Source: an uncultured Gammaproteobacteria bacterium
GTDB taxonomy: Bacteria; Patescibacteriota; Microgenomatia; CAYXHB01
NCBI GenBank assembly: GCA_964464795.1
Contig: CAYXHB010000002.1
Coordinates: 1 to 37,797 of the forward strand
Direction: 5' to 3'
DNA: 37,797 bases
The position numbers and the translations under genes were made by a program. The stretch's first letter is position 1. Every line of letters begins with the position of its first letter. Positions 25,998-34,380 of this stretch are shown here, in pieces. A model generated the notes under the pieces. That model was not told the DNA's origin. It did not search any database and was given only the letters and a program-made list of their open reading frames with translations.

Positions 25998-28010
25998 TTA
26001 CTCCTTTTTGAGAACGAACCCTGTCCGATTGGGAAGATAAACCTGGATGCTGCCTGGCTGCTCATGAAATTTGCCTGGGGAGTAGGGGAAAGTCTGATTG
26101 GTAATCCGGCCAAATCCGCCGAAAATCTGGTCGTCGGTGTTAAGCAGAAGTTGGTAGTCTGGGGCTTGGGACAAACCAATTTGATAGTCTGGATATGAGT
26201 TAGTGGGGTGGAGATTGAGAACAAGAAACAAATTTCCTCTCTGGGCCACAAGACATTTATTAACTTCGTGGGTATAAATTAAGTTGGGACATTCGCTGTT
26301 TAATAAATCATACTGTTTGTCTAAGTTCATTAAAGCCTGGTCAAAGCTATTAAGATGTTGATAACGGAGCTTGGAGTCATCGACGAGTGACCACTGGCGT
26401 CTGGCGTGATGATAGGAAAAGTTGTTACCTTGACGAGGAAAATCAACCCACTCGGGATGACCAAACTCATTGCCGATAAAATTTAGCCAGGCTTCACCAC
26501 CAAGGAAAAAAGTAGCAAGCCGAATTAGTTTGTGAAGAGCAATACCACGGTCGATGACTGGGTCTTGGGAGTTAGTGTCCATTTTATGGTACATACGGGC
26601 ATCCATGAGCCAAAAAGCCAGAGTCTTGTCACCAACCAGAGATTGGTCATGCGACTCCGCGTAAGCCACATGGGCTTCGTGGCGGCGGCGGTCAGTCATG
26701 GTTCTGTATAAGGACTCCATTGACCACTCATCGTCGCTTGAGTGTTTGAGTTGGCTAATCCAATAGTCAGGAATGCCCATGGCCAGCCGGTAGTCAAATC
26801 CAAGGCCGCCCTCGTCCAAGGGGCGAGCTAATCCTGGCAGTCCTGAGACTTCTTCGGCGATAGTGAGGCATTTTTTTTCGTGGGCAATTTCGTTGGCTAG
26901 TTGTAGATAGGCAACGGCATCCTTATCAATATTGGTATCGAAGTAGTCAGCGTAACTGGAAAATTCTTTATGGCCGTGGTTATGGTAAATCATGCTGGTG
27001 ACACCGTCGAAACGGAAACCGTCAAAATGGTATTCTTCTTGCCAGTAGCGGATGTTGCTAAGGAGAAAACGTAAGACTTCCAGTTGTCCGTAATCAAACA
27101 AGCACGTATCCCAGTCTGGATGGAGCCCACGGGCTCCGGAGTGGAAATACTGACCTGAACTGCCGTCAAAATTGTTGAGGCCTTCATCATAATTCTTGAC
27201 AGCGTGGGAGTGGACGATGTCTAGAAGGACAATAATCCCTAGTGAATGGGCGGTATCAATGAGTTGTCTGAGGTCGTCTGGGGGGCCAAAATAGTGGCTG
27301 ACAGCAAAAAAATTACTGACCTGATAACCAAAACTCCCGTAATAAGGATGTTGCATAATGGCCATAAGCTGGATGGCGTTGTAGCCTTGGCGGTGAATAC
27401 GAGGGAGAATATTGGCGGTGAATTCTGAGAATGTGCCGATTTCCCCCTGCTCTTGGGCCATGCCGACATGGGCCTCGTAAATGCGCAGAGACTTAACAGA
27501 GGGAGCCTGGTGCTGCCAGTTGAATGGCTGCTCGGGCGCGTAGTGTTGACCGGCGAAGCTGCCGTCTGGTAAAACAGCGACACTTTTAATGTAAGCTGGG
27601 ATACGGTCTCGGGCTGAGTCTTTGGTGAGTACGTGGACTTTGATGTGGCTTTGATGTTTGAGGGCTGGCTCGCCTGCTCTATCGGGAATAAAGATGCTCC
27701 AGACCCCATTGGTGTCACGTAGCAAAGGATGGCTGGAGCGATCCCAAAGATTGAAATCACCGATGAGGTTAAGCTGCATGGCTCCAGGGGCCCATTCGCG
27801 ATACCACCAACCTTGTTGGCCTTGGTTATCGCCTCGAGTAAAACCTAAATACTCATGACCGCGGCTGGCATTATCCAAAGAACCATAGGCGTCAATAAGT
27901 CTTTGTTTGACCCACTGATAATGACTGTAACGGTTTTCGAGGTCGGATTTATGCGGCTCGAGCCAAGGGTCTGTTTTGATTAGCGCAGTCGGCGAGGACA
28001 TAATAGTCAT
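25998..28010 (-). CDS. glgB: 1,4-alpha-glucan branching enzyme, GH13 (eukaryote-like GH13_8 type)
   Basis: The 670-aa ORF has GH13 regions I-IV: LDIVHSHA, GFRFDGVTSMIYHNHG, IAEEVSG and AESHDQ. Confidence 0.9.
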   Translation of the reverse strand: MTIMSSPTALIKTDPWLEPHKSDLENRYSHYQWVKQRLIDAYGSLDNASRGHEYLGFTRGDNQGQQGWWYREWAPGAMQLNLIGDFNLWDRSSHPLLRDTNGVWSIFIPDRAGEPALKHQSHIKVHVLTKDSARDRIPAYIKSVAVLPDGSFAGQHYAPEQPFNWQHQAPSVKSLRIYEAHVGMAQEQGEIGTFSEFTANILPRIHRQGYNAIQLMAIMQHPYYGSFGYQVSNFFAVSHYFGPPDDLRQLIDTAHSLGIIVLLDIVHSHAVKNYDEGLNNFDGSSGQYFHSGARGLHPDWDTCLFDYGQLEVLRFLLSNIRYWQEEYHFDGFRFDGVTSMIYHNHGHKEFSSYADYFDTNIDKDAVAYLQLANEIAHEKKCLTIAEEVSGLPGLARPLDEGGLGFDYRLAMGIPDYWISQLKHSSDDEWSMESLYRTMTDRRRHEAHVAYAESHDQSLVGDKTLAFWLMDARMYHKMDTNSQDPVIDRGIALHKLIRLATFFLGGEAWLNFIGNEFGHPEWVDFPRQGNNFSYHHARRQWSLVDDSKLRYQHLNSFDQALMNLDKQYDLLNSECPNLIYTHEVNKCLVAQRGNLFLVLNLHPTNSYPDYQIGLSQAPDYQLLLNTDDQIFGGFGRITNQTFPYSPGKFHEQPGSIQVYLPNRTGFVLKKE

Positions 28011-28088
28011 CTTACATGATTTTGGTTGTGAACATTAGGAGTTGACGTTTCTCCGTCCCCAAAAATGGCAGGGTTGGCTCCCTCTGCT

Positions 28089-28742
28089 TCAAGCGCCAAT
28101 TCTTTTTGTACAAGAAGCAGAGCCGAGCCAGGTATGCGGGTTGCCGTCCCAGCACCAACCGAGATTCGGCTCTTTCTTTGCGTTTATCCAAATGGCAGGC
28201 ACCCGCTGGTCTGTGCCGGTGCGCGACGCTAAAAGCGAGAAGCAGTTATTTTTTATCAAAAATTCCGGAAAGTGAGTAATGATGGCAATGCCTTCATCTA
28301 TCGTGAGCGGAGAGCGCCCCGCGTCTTTGATGAGTTTCATTGCCTCATTCGGCGGTAGGTTGATGTTGTCTTTGCCTCGGTCAATGTCCACCAGCATATA
28401 TGCCATGCTGTCGGGAATGGCGACATCATCGGTGGTTTTGAAGTCCTGCGAAGTATGCGGGCGCAAAATGGTAACGCCATTTTTTCCGTCCTTTTGTGTA
28501 AGTGCCATTGCTTGCTCCGAAGTAACTAAGTCGCTTTTGACAACTATTACAAAAGGCAAAATTCCTTTTTCTAAATCCACTTCAGGAGCGTCAAGCTCTC
28601 GGGCTTTTTCTCGTAAGGGCTCAAGATGTTTGAAAAATTCCTGTTCTGATAAACCGGCAATTTTTGCATAACCTTTTTGCGCCAAGGTATCAACTTGGCG
28701 GTCAAATTCTTTTAGTAGTCCTAAGTTATCCATCATTATCAT
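28089..28742 (-). CDS. Conserved hypothetical protein (from memory it resembles the DUF5701 family)
   Basis: The ORF is 217 aa from the start MIMMDNLG (28742). That start avoids overlapping the divergent gene at 28817. The distinctive C-terminus reads RSPLTIDEGIAIITHFPEFL...RVPAIWINAKKEPNLGWCWDGNPHTWLGSASC. The family name is recalled from memory and was not searched. Confidence 0.5.
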   Translation of the reverse strand: MIMMDNLGLLKEFDRQVDTLAQKGYAKIAGLSEQEFFKHLEPLREKARELDAPEVDLEKGILPFVIVVKSDLVTSEQAMALTQKDGKNGVTILRPHTSQDFKTTDDVAIPDSMAYMLVDIDRGKDNINLPPNEAMKLIKDAGRSPLTIDEGIAIITHFPEFLIKNNCFSLLASRTGTDQRVPAIWINAKKEPNLGWCWDGNPHTWLGSASCTKRIGA

Positions 28743-28816
28743 TTTAGCAGTTTTCTTTCTTAAAATAAGACTAAATCCATAGGAATAATCCCAAAAATCG
28801 AGTAAGCTGAATATGT

Positions 28817-30097
28817 ATGACAAGTTGGTTACAAGAAGGATGGATATATCAGATATTCTGCGGAAGGTGGGAGCGGGAGGATGAGGGGACGAGTTTTTGG
28901 GAGGGCCTGATAAACACAGATTGGGAACGAGTTACCAATTTAGGTGCTAGAACTATTTATCTGCTTGGAGTCTGGGATAATCAAGGGCCTGTTTTGGTCA
29001 AGGAAGAGGAAGGGGTAAATTTAGAGAATTGGGAAAATCGAGTGCCATCGATGATGGCGATTAGTAATCACAAGCAAAACAATCCTGAATTGGGCAGTGA
29101 GGAGCAACTGCGGCAACTGATTGTGAGTTTGCATGAAAAGGGACTCAAAGTGATTGCCGACTTCGTACCTAACCATACTTCAACCGCGCATCCGTGGTTG
29201 GAGTCAAACCCCGAATATTATAAAAAGATTAACGAAGATTTCGTCTATGAATTTAGCGGAGACGTGGTGAAGTTGGATTATGACAATGCGCAACTGCGAG
29301 CGGAAATGACTAACGTCCTAATGAGGATATCGGGGTTGGGGTTTGACGGCGTGCGCTGCGATATGGCTCACCTAGTCCCTGAGGATTATTGGCAGGAAGC
29401 GATAACAGCAGTGAAAAGCGCGAAAGAGGGGTTTGGATTTATAGCCGAGGCTTATGATGCGAGTCCGTTTGACCAGAGTAGAACTTTTGCTTTGTTGGGG
29501 GCTGGGTTTGATGCGGTCTATGATCAGTTTTTTTATAAAAATACAATTAATGTTGTTGGAGGAAATCATCCAAGCGCGGAAATCGCTGCGCATTTGAATT
29601 ATGTTAATGAGCAGCTTCGGGGAGGGAAAGTCGTTCAGTATGCTGGAAACCACGATGACCCGCCGCTGGGGAACAGAGAGAAAAATGAGGAGAAATCGGC
29701 TCTAATTGATAAATACAGACAGGCGTTGACAGCACTAGTGCTGTTTGGCGGCGGGGTGGGGATGTTTACTAATGGCTTTTTGCGAGGGACAAGTACCAGA
29801 TTGGCTCATCATTATGCGGAGAAGTTGCCAAGGGAACAGAATGAATTGTTAGCCGGAGTGAGCGAGAATTTGCTACACGTGTTTGAGCTGTATTGTAGAC
29901 AGAGAAACACTCTCTTTAATTGGGTTGCTCAAAGAAATGTATTGATAGGAAAAAGTAACCAGACGAACTTAGCTGTGGTAATAAATCTGGGAGCGGAAGA
30001 TGCGAGCTTGAAAAATATATTGGGCAATACGTCAACAGATGATGATGTTGAAAGAGTCGATAAAATTATCTCTCCAGGTCAGGTAATGTCCTGCTGA
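28817..30097 (+). CDS. Cytoplasmic GH13 alpha-amylase-family glycoside hydrolase
   Basis: The 426-aa ORF has no signal peptide. GH13 regions are VIADFVPNHTS, GFDGVRCDMAHLV, FIAEAYD and YAGNHDDPP. Confidence 0.85.
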   Translation: MTSWLQEGWIYQIFCGRWEREDEGTSFWEGLINTDWERVTNLGARTIYLLGVWDNQGPVLVKEEEGVNLENWENRVPSMMAISNHKQNNPELGSEEQLRQLIVSLHEKGLKVIADFVPNHTSTAHPWLESNPEYYKKINEDFVYEFSGDVVKLDYDNAQLRAEMTNVLMRISGLGFDGVRCDMAHLVPEDYWQEAITAVKSAKEGFGFIAEAYDASPFDQSRTFALLGAGFDAVYDQFFYKNTINVVGGNHPSAEIAAHLNYVNEQLRGGKVVQYAGNHDDPPLGNREKNEEKSALIDKYRQALTALVLFGGGVGMFTNGFLRGTSTRLAHHYAEKLPREQNELLAGVSENLLHVFELYCRQRNTLFNWVAQRNVLIGKSNQTNLAVVINLGAEDASLKNILGNTSTDDDVERVDKIISPGQVMSC

Positions 30098-30166
30098 ATG
30101 TAAACAAAAAAGACCTTCTTCAATACGTCAAAGTCATATCTTGTAAATTTTGACTCTTTTTGCCTT

Positions 30167-30195
30167 TTGACATTGGTGAGGTGGGGTTTTACTAT
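30167..30195 (+). promoter_or_regulatory. Candidate sigma70-type promoter (TTGACA-17 nt-TACTAT) ahead of the GT4-GH57 operon
   Basis: TTGACA lies at 30167-30172 and TACTAT at 30190-30195 with a 17-nt spacer. The -10 element ends about 97 nt upstream of the ATG at 30292. Confidence 0.4.
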
Positions 30196-30212
30196 GTATT
30201 TGCAGATAATTT

Positions 30213-30238
30213 CGCCTTAGATTTAGGGCGGATTTTTT
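30213..30238 (+). terminator. Intrinsic-terminator-like hairpin with a U-tract
   Basis: CGCCTTA (30213-30219) pairs with TAGGGCG (30224-30230) in a 7-bp stem that includes one G-U pair, with a GATT loop. GA and then TTTTTT (30233-30238) follow. It could terminate the GH13 gene, or act as an attenuator because it lies downstream of the candidate promoter. Confidence 0.4.
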
Positions 30239-30291
30239 GCAGTGGTTAAAATTAAAATTTATTAAGGGGGCACAATCAAAATGTAACAAAC

Positions 30292-31500
30292 ATGTCTCTG
30301 CCTAATGTCTTAATGTTCGGATGGGAACTTCCGCCTCATAATAGTGGAGGTTTGGGGGTAGCGTGTCATGGACTGACTAAGGGATTAAGTGACTTGGGAG
30401 CTAAGGTTACATTTGTTTTACCTAAACGGCTTGAGGTTGATGCTCCGTTTATGGAAGTCAAATTTGATACTTTGCCGACGGTGAACGCAATTGCAATTAA
30501 CTCACTTTTGCAGGCTTACATGACGGCATGGGGGTATAAAAAGGTTATTTTGAATGGTAAAGAGTTAGATTTGAAAACCATGAGAGGGACAATATATGAA
30601 GAATCATTACGGTTTGGCCAGGTGGCGGGACAATGGGCGACACATCTGGAGCACGATGTTGTGCATGTCCATGACTGGATGACTTATCCAGCCGGGATGT
30701 CTGCCTCAGCGGCTGGTGGCCACCCCTGGGTGGCACATGTACACGCAACTGAATATGACAGAGCCGGAGACCGTCCGGACACCAGAATTGCGCAAATTGA
30801 ATATGAAGGATTGAATAGTGCTGACCGAGTAATCTGCGTCAGTGACCTGACGAAAAGAACTGTAATGCGTAAATACGGAGTCAAGGGTGACAAGATTGAT
30901 GTAGTTTATAATGGAGTTGACCTCAATGATTTCCCCAGAGTCGATGTGCACGATTTACTTCCAGGCTCTAAAGTAGTGTTGTTTCTGGGGCGGTTGACGA
31001 TGCAAAAAGGAGCTGAATATTTCCTCCAGGCAGCTAAGAGAGTTTTGGAGTTTGAACCAAATGCCGTGTTTGTAATCGCAGGTTCAGGCGATCTGGAACA
31101 GCAGTTAATCTTGCAGGCCAGTTTGCTTGGAATTGGGAATAGGGTGATTTTTACCGGATTTATCAGAAATCCGATCCAAAGAGCCAGTCTCTTCCAGCGA
31201 GCCGATGTGTTTGTGATGCCATCAGTTTCCGAACCCTTTGGCTTGGTGGCTTTGGAGGCATTGGCTAACCAAAAGCCAGTTATTTTATCGTACCAGTCTG
31301 GAGTGGCAGAAGTAATTAAACATGCTTTGAAAGCAAATTTTTGGGATACCAACGAAATGGCGAATCTGATTGTGAATGTTTTGCGTCACAGTGAGCTTGG
31401 CGAGGAGCTATCAACTCATGGGTATCAAGAAATGCAAAAATTGTCATGGAGCGAGGCTGCACGTCAAACAATGAACATTTATCATAAGATTATTGCGTAA
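30292..31500 (+). CDS. GT4 family glycosyltransferase (alpha-glucan synthase-like)
   Basis: The 402-aa ORF has the N-terminal motif WELPPHNSGGLGVACHGL and the GT-B E-x7-E motif EPFGLVALEA. Its stop lies 6 nt before the start of the GH57 gene. Confidence 0.8.
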   Translation: MSLPNVLMFGWELPPHNSGGLGVACHGLTKGLSDLGAKVTFVLPKRLEVDAPFMEVKFDTLPTVNAIAINSLLQAYMTAWGYKKVILNGKELDLKTMRGTIYEESLRFGQVAGQWATHLEHDVVHVHDWMTYPAGMSASAAGGHPWVAHVHATEYDRAGDRPDTRIAQIEYEGLNSADRVICVSDLTKRTVMRKYGVKGDKIDVVYNGVDLNDFPRVDVHDLLPGSKVVLFLGRLTMQKGAEYFLQAAKRVLEFEPNAVFVIAGSGDLEQQLILQASLLGIGNRVIFTGFIRNPIQRASLFQRADVFVMPSVSEPFGLVALEALANQKPVILSYQSGVAEVIKHALKANFWDTNEMANLIVNVLRHSELGEELSTHGYQEMQKLSWSEAARQTMNIYHKIIA

Positions 31501-31506
31501 CTAAAT

Positions 31507-32721
31507 ATGGCCAGCGTCTGTTTATATTTTCAAATCCATCAGCCTTTTAGACTGAAACCATACCAAGTCTTTCATATTGGCAAGGATCATCAATACTTCC
31601 ATAGTGAGGAAGGCGGACAAAGTAGTAACAAAGCCATATTGCATAAAGTAGCAAAAAACAGTTACCTCCCTGGGCTGAAGTTAATTCGTGACCTTCTGGA
31701 AGATAACGAGGAATTTAAGGTTAGTTTTTCGATTAGCGGGATGGCGATAGAGCAATTCGAGCAATACGCGCCTGAGGTGTTGGAGTTGTTATCTGAGATT
31801 GGCAAAAATCCTAGGGTTGAGTTCCTGGCGGAGACCTATTACCACAGTCTGGCTGCCGTATATTCGCAAAATGAGTTTGCCAGTCAGGTGCGCATTCATC
31901 ATGAAAAAATGCATGACTTGTTTGGAAAAAGCCCTACGGCATTTAGGAATACCGAACTGATTTATGAAAACAATATTGCTGCCATGGTAGAACAAATGGG
32001 TTATGAAGTTGTTCTGGCTGAAGGCGCGGATGACGTGTTGGGGTGGAAGTCACCAAATTTTGTATATACCCCCAGCGGAGCTGAAAATTTGCGGTTAATG
32101 TTGAAAAATTACCGGCTGTCTGATGATATTGCGTTTAGGTTTTCGGATCGCAATTGGAGTGAGTGGCCGCTGACCGCTGATAAGTACGCTGACTGGGTGG
32201 CTCGAGTGAACGGTAACGGTTATGTGGTTAATCTATTCTTGGATTTTGAAACACTAGGGGAACATCATGGAGATGGAAGTGGAATCTTTGATTTTTTCCG
32301 GCATTTGCCCAAGGCTATCTTGAGTAGACCTGACATGGAGTTTGCGACTGTGACTGAAGCGGCTATGAAGTATTCACCGGTTGATTTGATTGATGTGCCT
32401 AATCCCACCTCTTGGGCGGATACCAAACGGGATTTGTCAGCTTGGACAGAAAATGCGATGCAAAGAAGCGCGCTCAAGGCTATTTATGACCTAGAAGATA
32501 AAGTTCTGGATAGCGGAAAGATTGACTTGATAAGCGACTGGAGAAAACTACAAACGAGTGACCATTTTTATTACATGAGTACCAAGTTGTTCACGGATGG
32601 GGAGGTACATGCTTATTTCAGTCCTTATGAGTCACCATATAGCGCCTTTACAAACTACATGAATGTAATCCATGATATTACATATAGGCTAAATCAATCG
32701 TTAACGAATGATGATGCCTAA
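31507..32721 (+). CDS. GH57 family glycoside hydrolase
   Basis: The 404-aa ORF has GH57 regions QIHQPFRL, FRNTELIY (candidate nucleophile Glu), LDFETLGEHH (candidate acid/base Asp) and QTSDHFYYM. Confidence 0.85.
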   Translation: MASVCLYFQIHQPFRLKPYQVFHIGKDHQYFHSEEGGQSSNKAILHKVAKNSYLPGLKLIRDLLEDNEEFKVSFSISGMAIEQFEQYAPEVLELLSEIGKNPRVEFLAETYYHSLAAVYSQNEFASQVRIHHEKMHDLFGKSPTAFRNTELIYENNIAAMVEQMGYEVVLAEGADDVLGWKSPNFVYTPSGAENLRLMLKNYRLSDDIAFRFSDRNWSEWPLTADKYADWVARVNGNGYVVNLFLDFETLGEHHGDGSGIFDFFRHLPKAILSRPDMEFATVTEAAMKYSPVDLIDVPNPTSWADTKRDLSAWTENAMQRSALKAIYDLEDKVLDSGKIDLISDWRKLQTSDHFYYMSTKLFTDGEVHAYFSPYESPYSAFTNYMNVIHDITYRLNQSLTNDDA

Positions 32722-32727
32722 CTGCCC

Positions 32728-33324
32728 ATGACACCGCAACTTGATTATCTGTATAACGAACCCAAATGGCAGGCTCATCTGACTGATGAGTCGAAATTTT
32801 TTGTATGCCAGGATGGAGGTAAAATTAGGAGTTTGTGGGAGTTGCGAGAGAGTCTGCTATCTGTCAGTGAGGAAACATTTAACGCGATGGTGAGCGAAGA
32901 ATACAATCATTTGGCAACTTGGGTGGCTGACTCGGTTGGAGACTCTACTCTGGCTGCTGATTTGCAGTCACGCAAAGGGCGCTGGGAAATATTGTCGGCT
33001 CTGGAGAGTTACATGATTAGGAGTTTGGCTGTGCCTGGGTATTTGGCTTTCCGATGGTTGGAACTGACTAGTAATTCATTTACAACTAAATCTGGGGATG
33101 TGGTGAAGAACCTACGCCACGCAAGAGAGATGCTCCAAGGAGGAGATAATAATGCTTTATTGGCACATCTGAAGTCAAATAAGCAGGATTTTAGTGACTG
33201 GGCGCGGGGGGCAATTGGGGACTATATGCTCTCAGACATGGTAGAGGATGCTGACAGTGGTGAGAAAGCGGCTCAAGTAGTGATTGACCACGTGGCGATG
33301 CTGGAGACGGCGTTGGAAAGATAG
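32728..33324 (+). CDS. Hypothetical protein built from two tandem ~75-aa repeats
   Basis: The ORF is 198 aa. Repeat 1 runs FVCQDGGKIRSLWELRESL..FNAMVSEEYNHLATWVADSVGDSTLAADL. Repeat 2 runs FTTKSGDVVKNLRHAREML..LLAHLKSNKQDFSDWARGAIGDYMLSDMV. The start lies 6 nt after the GH57 stop. Confidence 0.6.
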   Translation: MTPQLDYLYNEPKWQAHLTDESKFFVCQDGGKIRSLWELRESLLSVSEETFNAMVSEEYNHLATWVADSVGDSTLAADLQSRKGRWEILSALESYMIRSLAVPGYLAFRWLELTSNSFTTKSGDVVKNLRHAREMLQGGDNNALLAHLKSNKQDFSDWARGAIGDYMLSDMVEDADSGEKAAQVVIDHVAMLETALER

Positions 33325-33348
33325 GTTGGAAATAAATGCAGGGTGAAA

Positions 33349-34365
33349 TTAGAGAGGGAAATCTTGATGATAGAGCTGGTTGATAGTGGATAGGAGAGTT
33401 TGGACTGCTTGGTTAAGCGGAGCCTGGAGAGTGACACCAGCAGCTGCAGGATGGCCGCCACCCCCCAATGCTTGGGCAATGCGGCTCATGTGATATTTGT
33501 CACTCTGGCGGGTGCGGAGGCTGACTTTGACAACAGATGGTTCAATTTCGATTAAGCTGGCGGCAATTTCCCAGCCCACCACAGACTTGAGCTGGTTGGC
33601 GACTTCGGCACTGGAGAAATGCTCTGGATGGAGATTGTGGCTGGTTAAATCCTGGTGACTAACTGTGGAAAAGACAATCCGGTTATTGGCATGATGGGAA
33701 ATTTGCGAGAGAGCTAACCCCAGATAGGTAATCATATCTGGGTGTTGGTGGTTCTCAAGGTGAAAAAGGTAACGAGGAAAGTCAGGATTGATGGATGATA
33801 AATCTGCGGCTATTTGGAGAGTTTCAGAGGTTGTGCCCGGGTACATAAAACCGCCGGTGTCGCCATGAAGACCAACATATAAGTTAACTGCCATGTCAGG
33901 CGTCACTTCCAATTCCCAGACGCGGAAAAGTTGGTAGAGGATTTGGCAAACGGCCGGCGCAGATGAGTCTATCAAGTTTAGGCTGGCAAAGCCCTCATTG
34001 CTGGCGTGATGGTCAATGATTATGGTAGACAACGAGGGTGGAAAAGTAACTGATACAAGTTTGGTGATTTGGTTAGGAGAAGAACTATCGATAATGATAA
34101 ATAAGTCATACTGAGATAAATCGGTTTGTAAGAAAGTCTGTTCTTTGACCTGATTATATTCAGGAAAGAGGGAAAACGCCTCTGATTTAGGTGAGTCACC
34201 GGAAATTAAAGTAACTTGTTTGTTGAGTTGCTTGAGAGCAGCGGACAAAGCCAGTGCTCCGCCCACGCAGTCAGGGTCAGGACTGGGATGCAGGTGAAGT
34301 AAAATATTATGTGATGATTGGATTTTTTCTAGAATCTGTTGTGAAAGGATTGGGAAATCGGACAT
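33349..34365 (-). CDS. DHH/DHHA1 family phosphoesterase (NrnA-like oligoribonuclease/pAp phosphatase)
   Basis: The 338-aa ORF has the DHH motifs HPSPDPDCVGGALAL, FIIIDSS, IIIDHHASN and GLHGDTGGF. It also has the DHHA1 motif GGGGHPAAAG. Confidence 0.85.
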   Translation of the reverse strand: MSDFPILSQQILEKIQSSHNILLHLHPSPDPDCVGGALALSAALKQLNKQVTLISGDSPKSEAFSLFPEYNQVKEQTFLQTDLSQYDLFIIIDSSSPNQITKLVSVTFPPSLSTIIIDHHASNEGFASLNLIDSSAPAVCQILYQLFRVWELEVTPDMAVNLYVGLHGDTGGFMYPGTTSETLQIAADLSSINPDFPRYLFHLENHQHPDMITYLGLALSQISHHANNRIVFSTVSHQDLTSHNLHPEHFSSAEVANQLKSVVGWEIAASLIEIEPSVVKVSLRTRQSDKYHMSRIAQALGGGGHPAAAGVTLQAPLNQAVQTLLSTINQLYHQDFPL

Positions 34366-34380
34366 GGGGAAATTTGAATA

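Noticed and set aside
27239-27760. A 173-aa minus-strand ORF inside glgB.
   Set aside because: It is an alternative frame of the same strand as glgB. The glgB frame carries all four GH13 conserved regions, and this frame has none.
28279-28671. A 130-aa + strand ORF.
   Set aside because: It is antisense to the longer minus-strand ORF that has a distinctive conserved C-terminus. Its composition is Ser-rich and motif-free.
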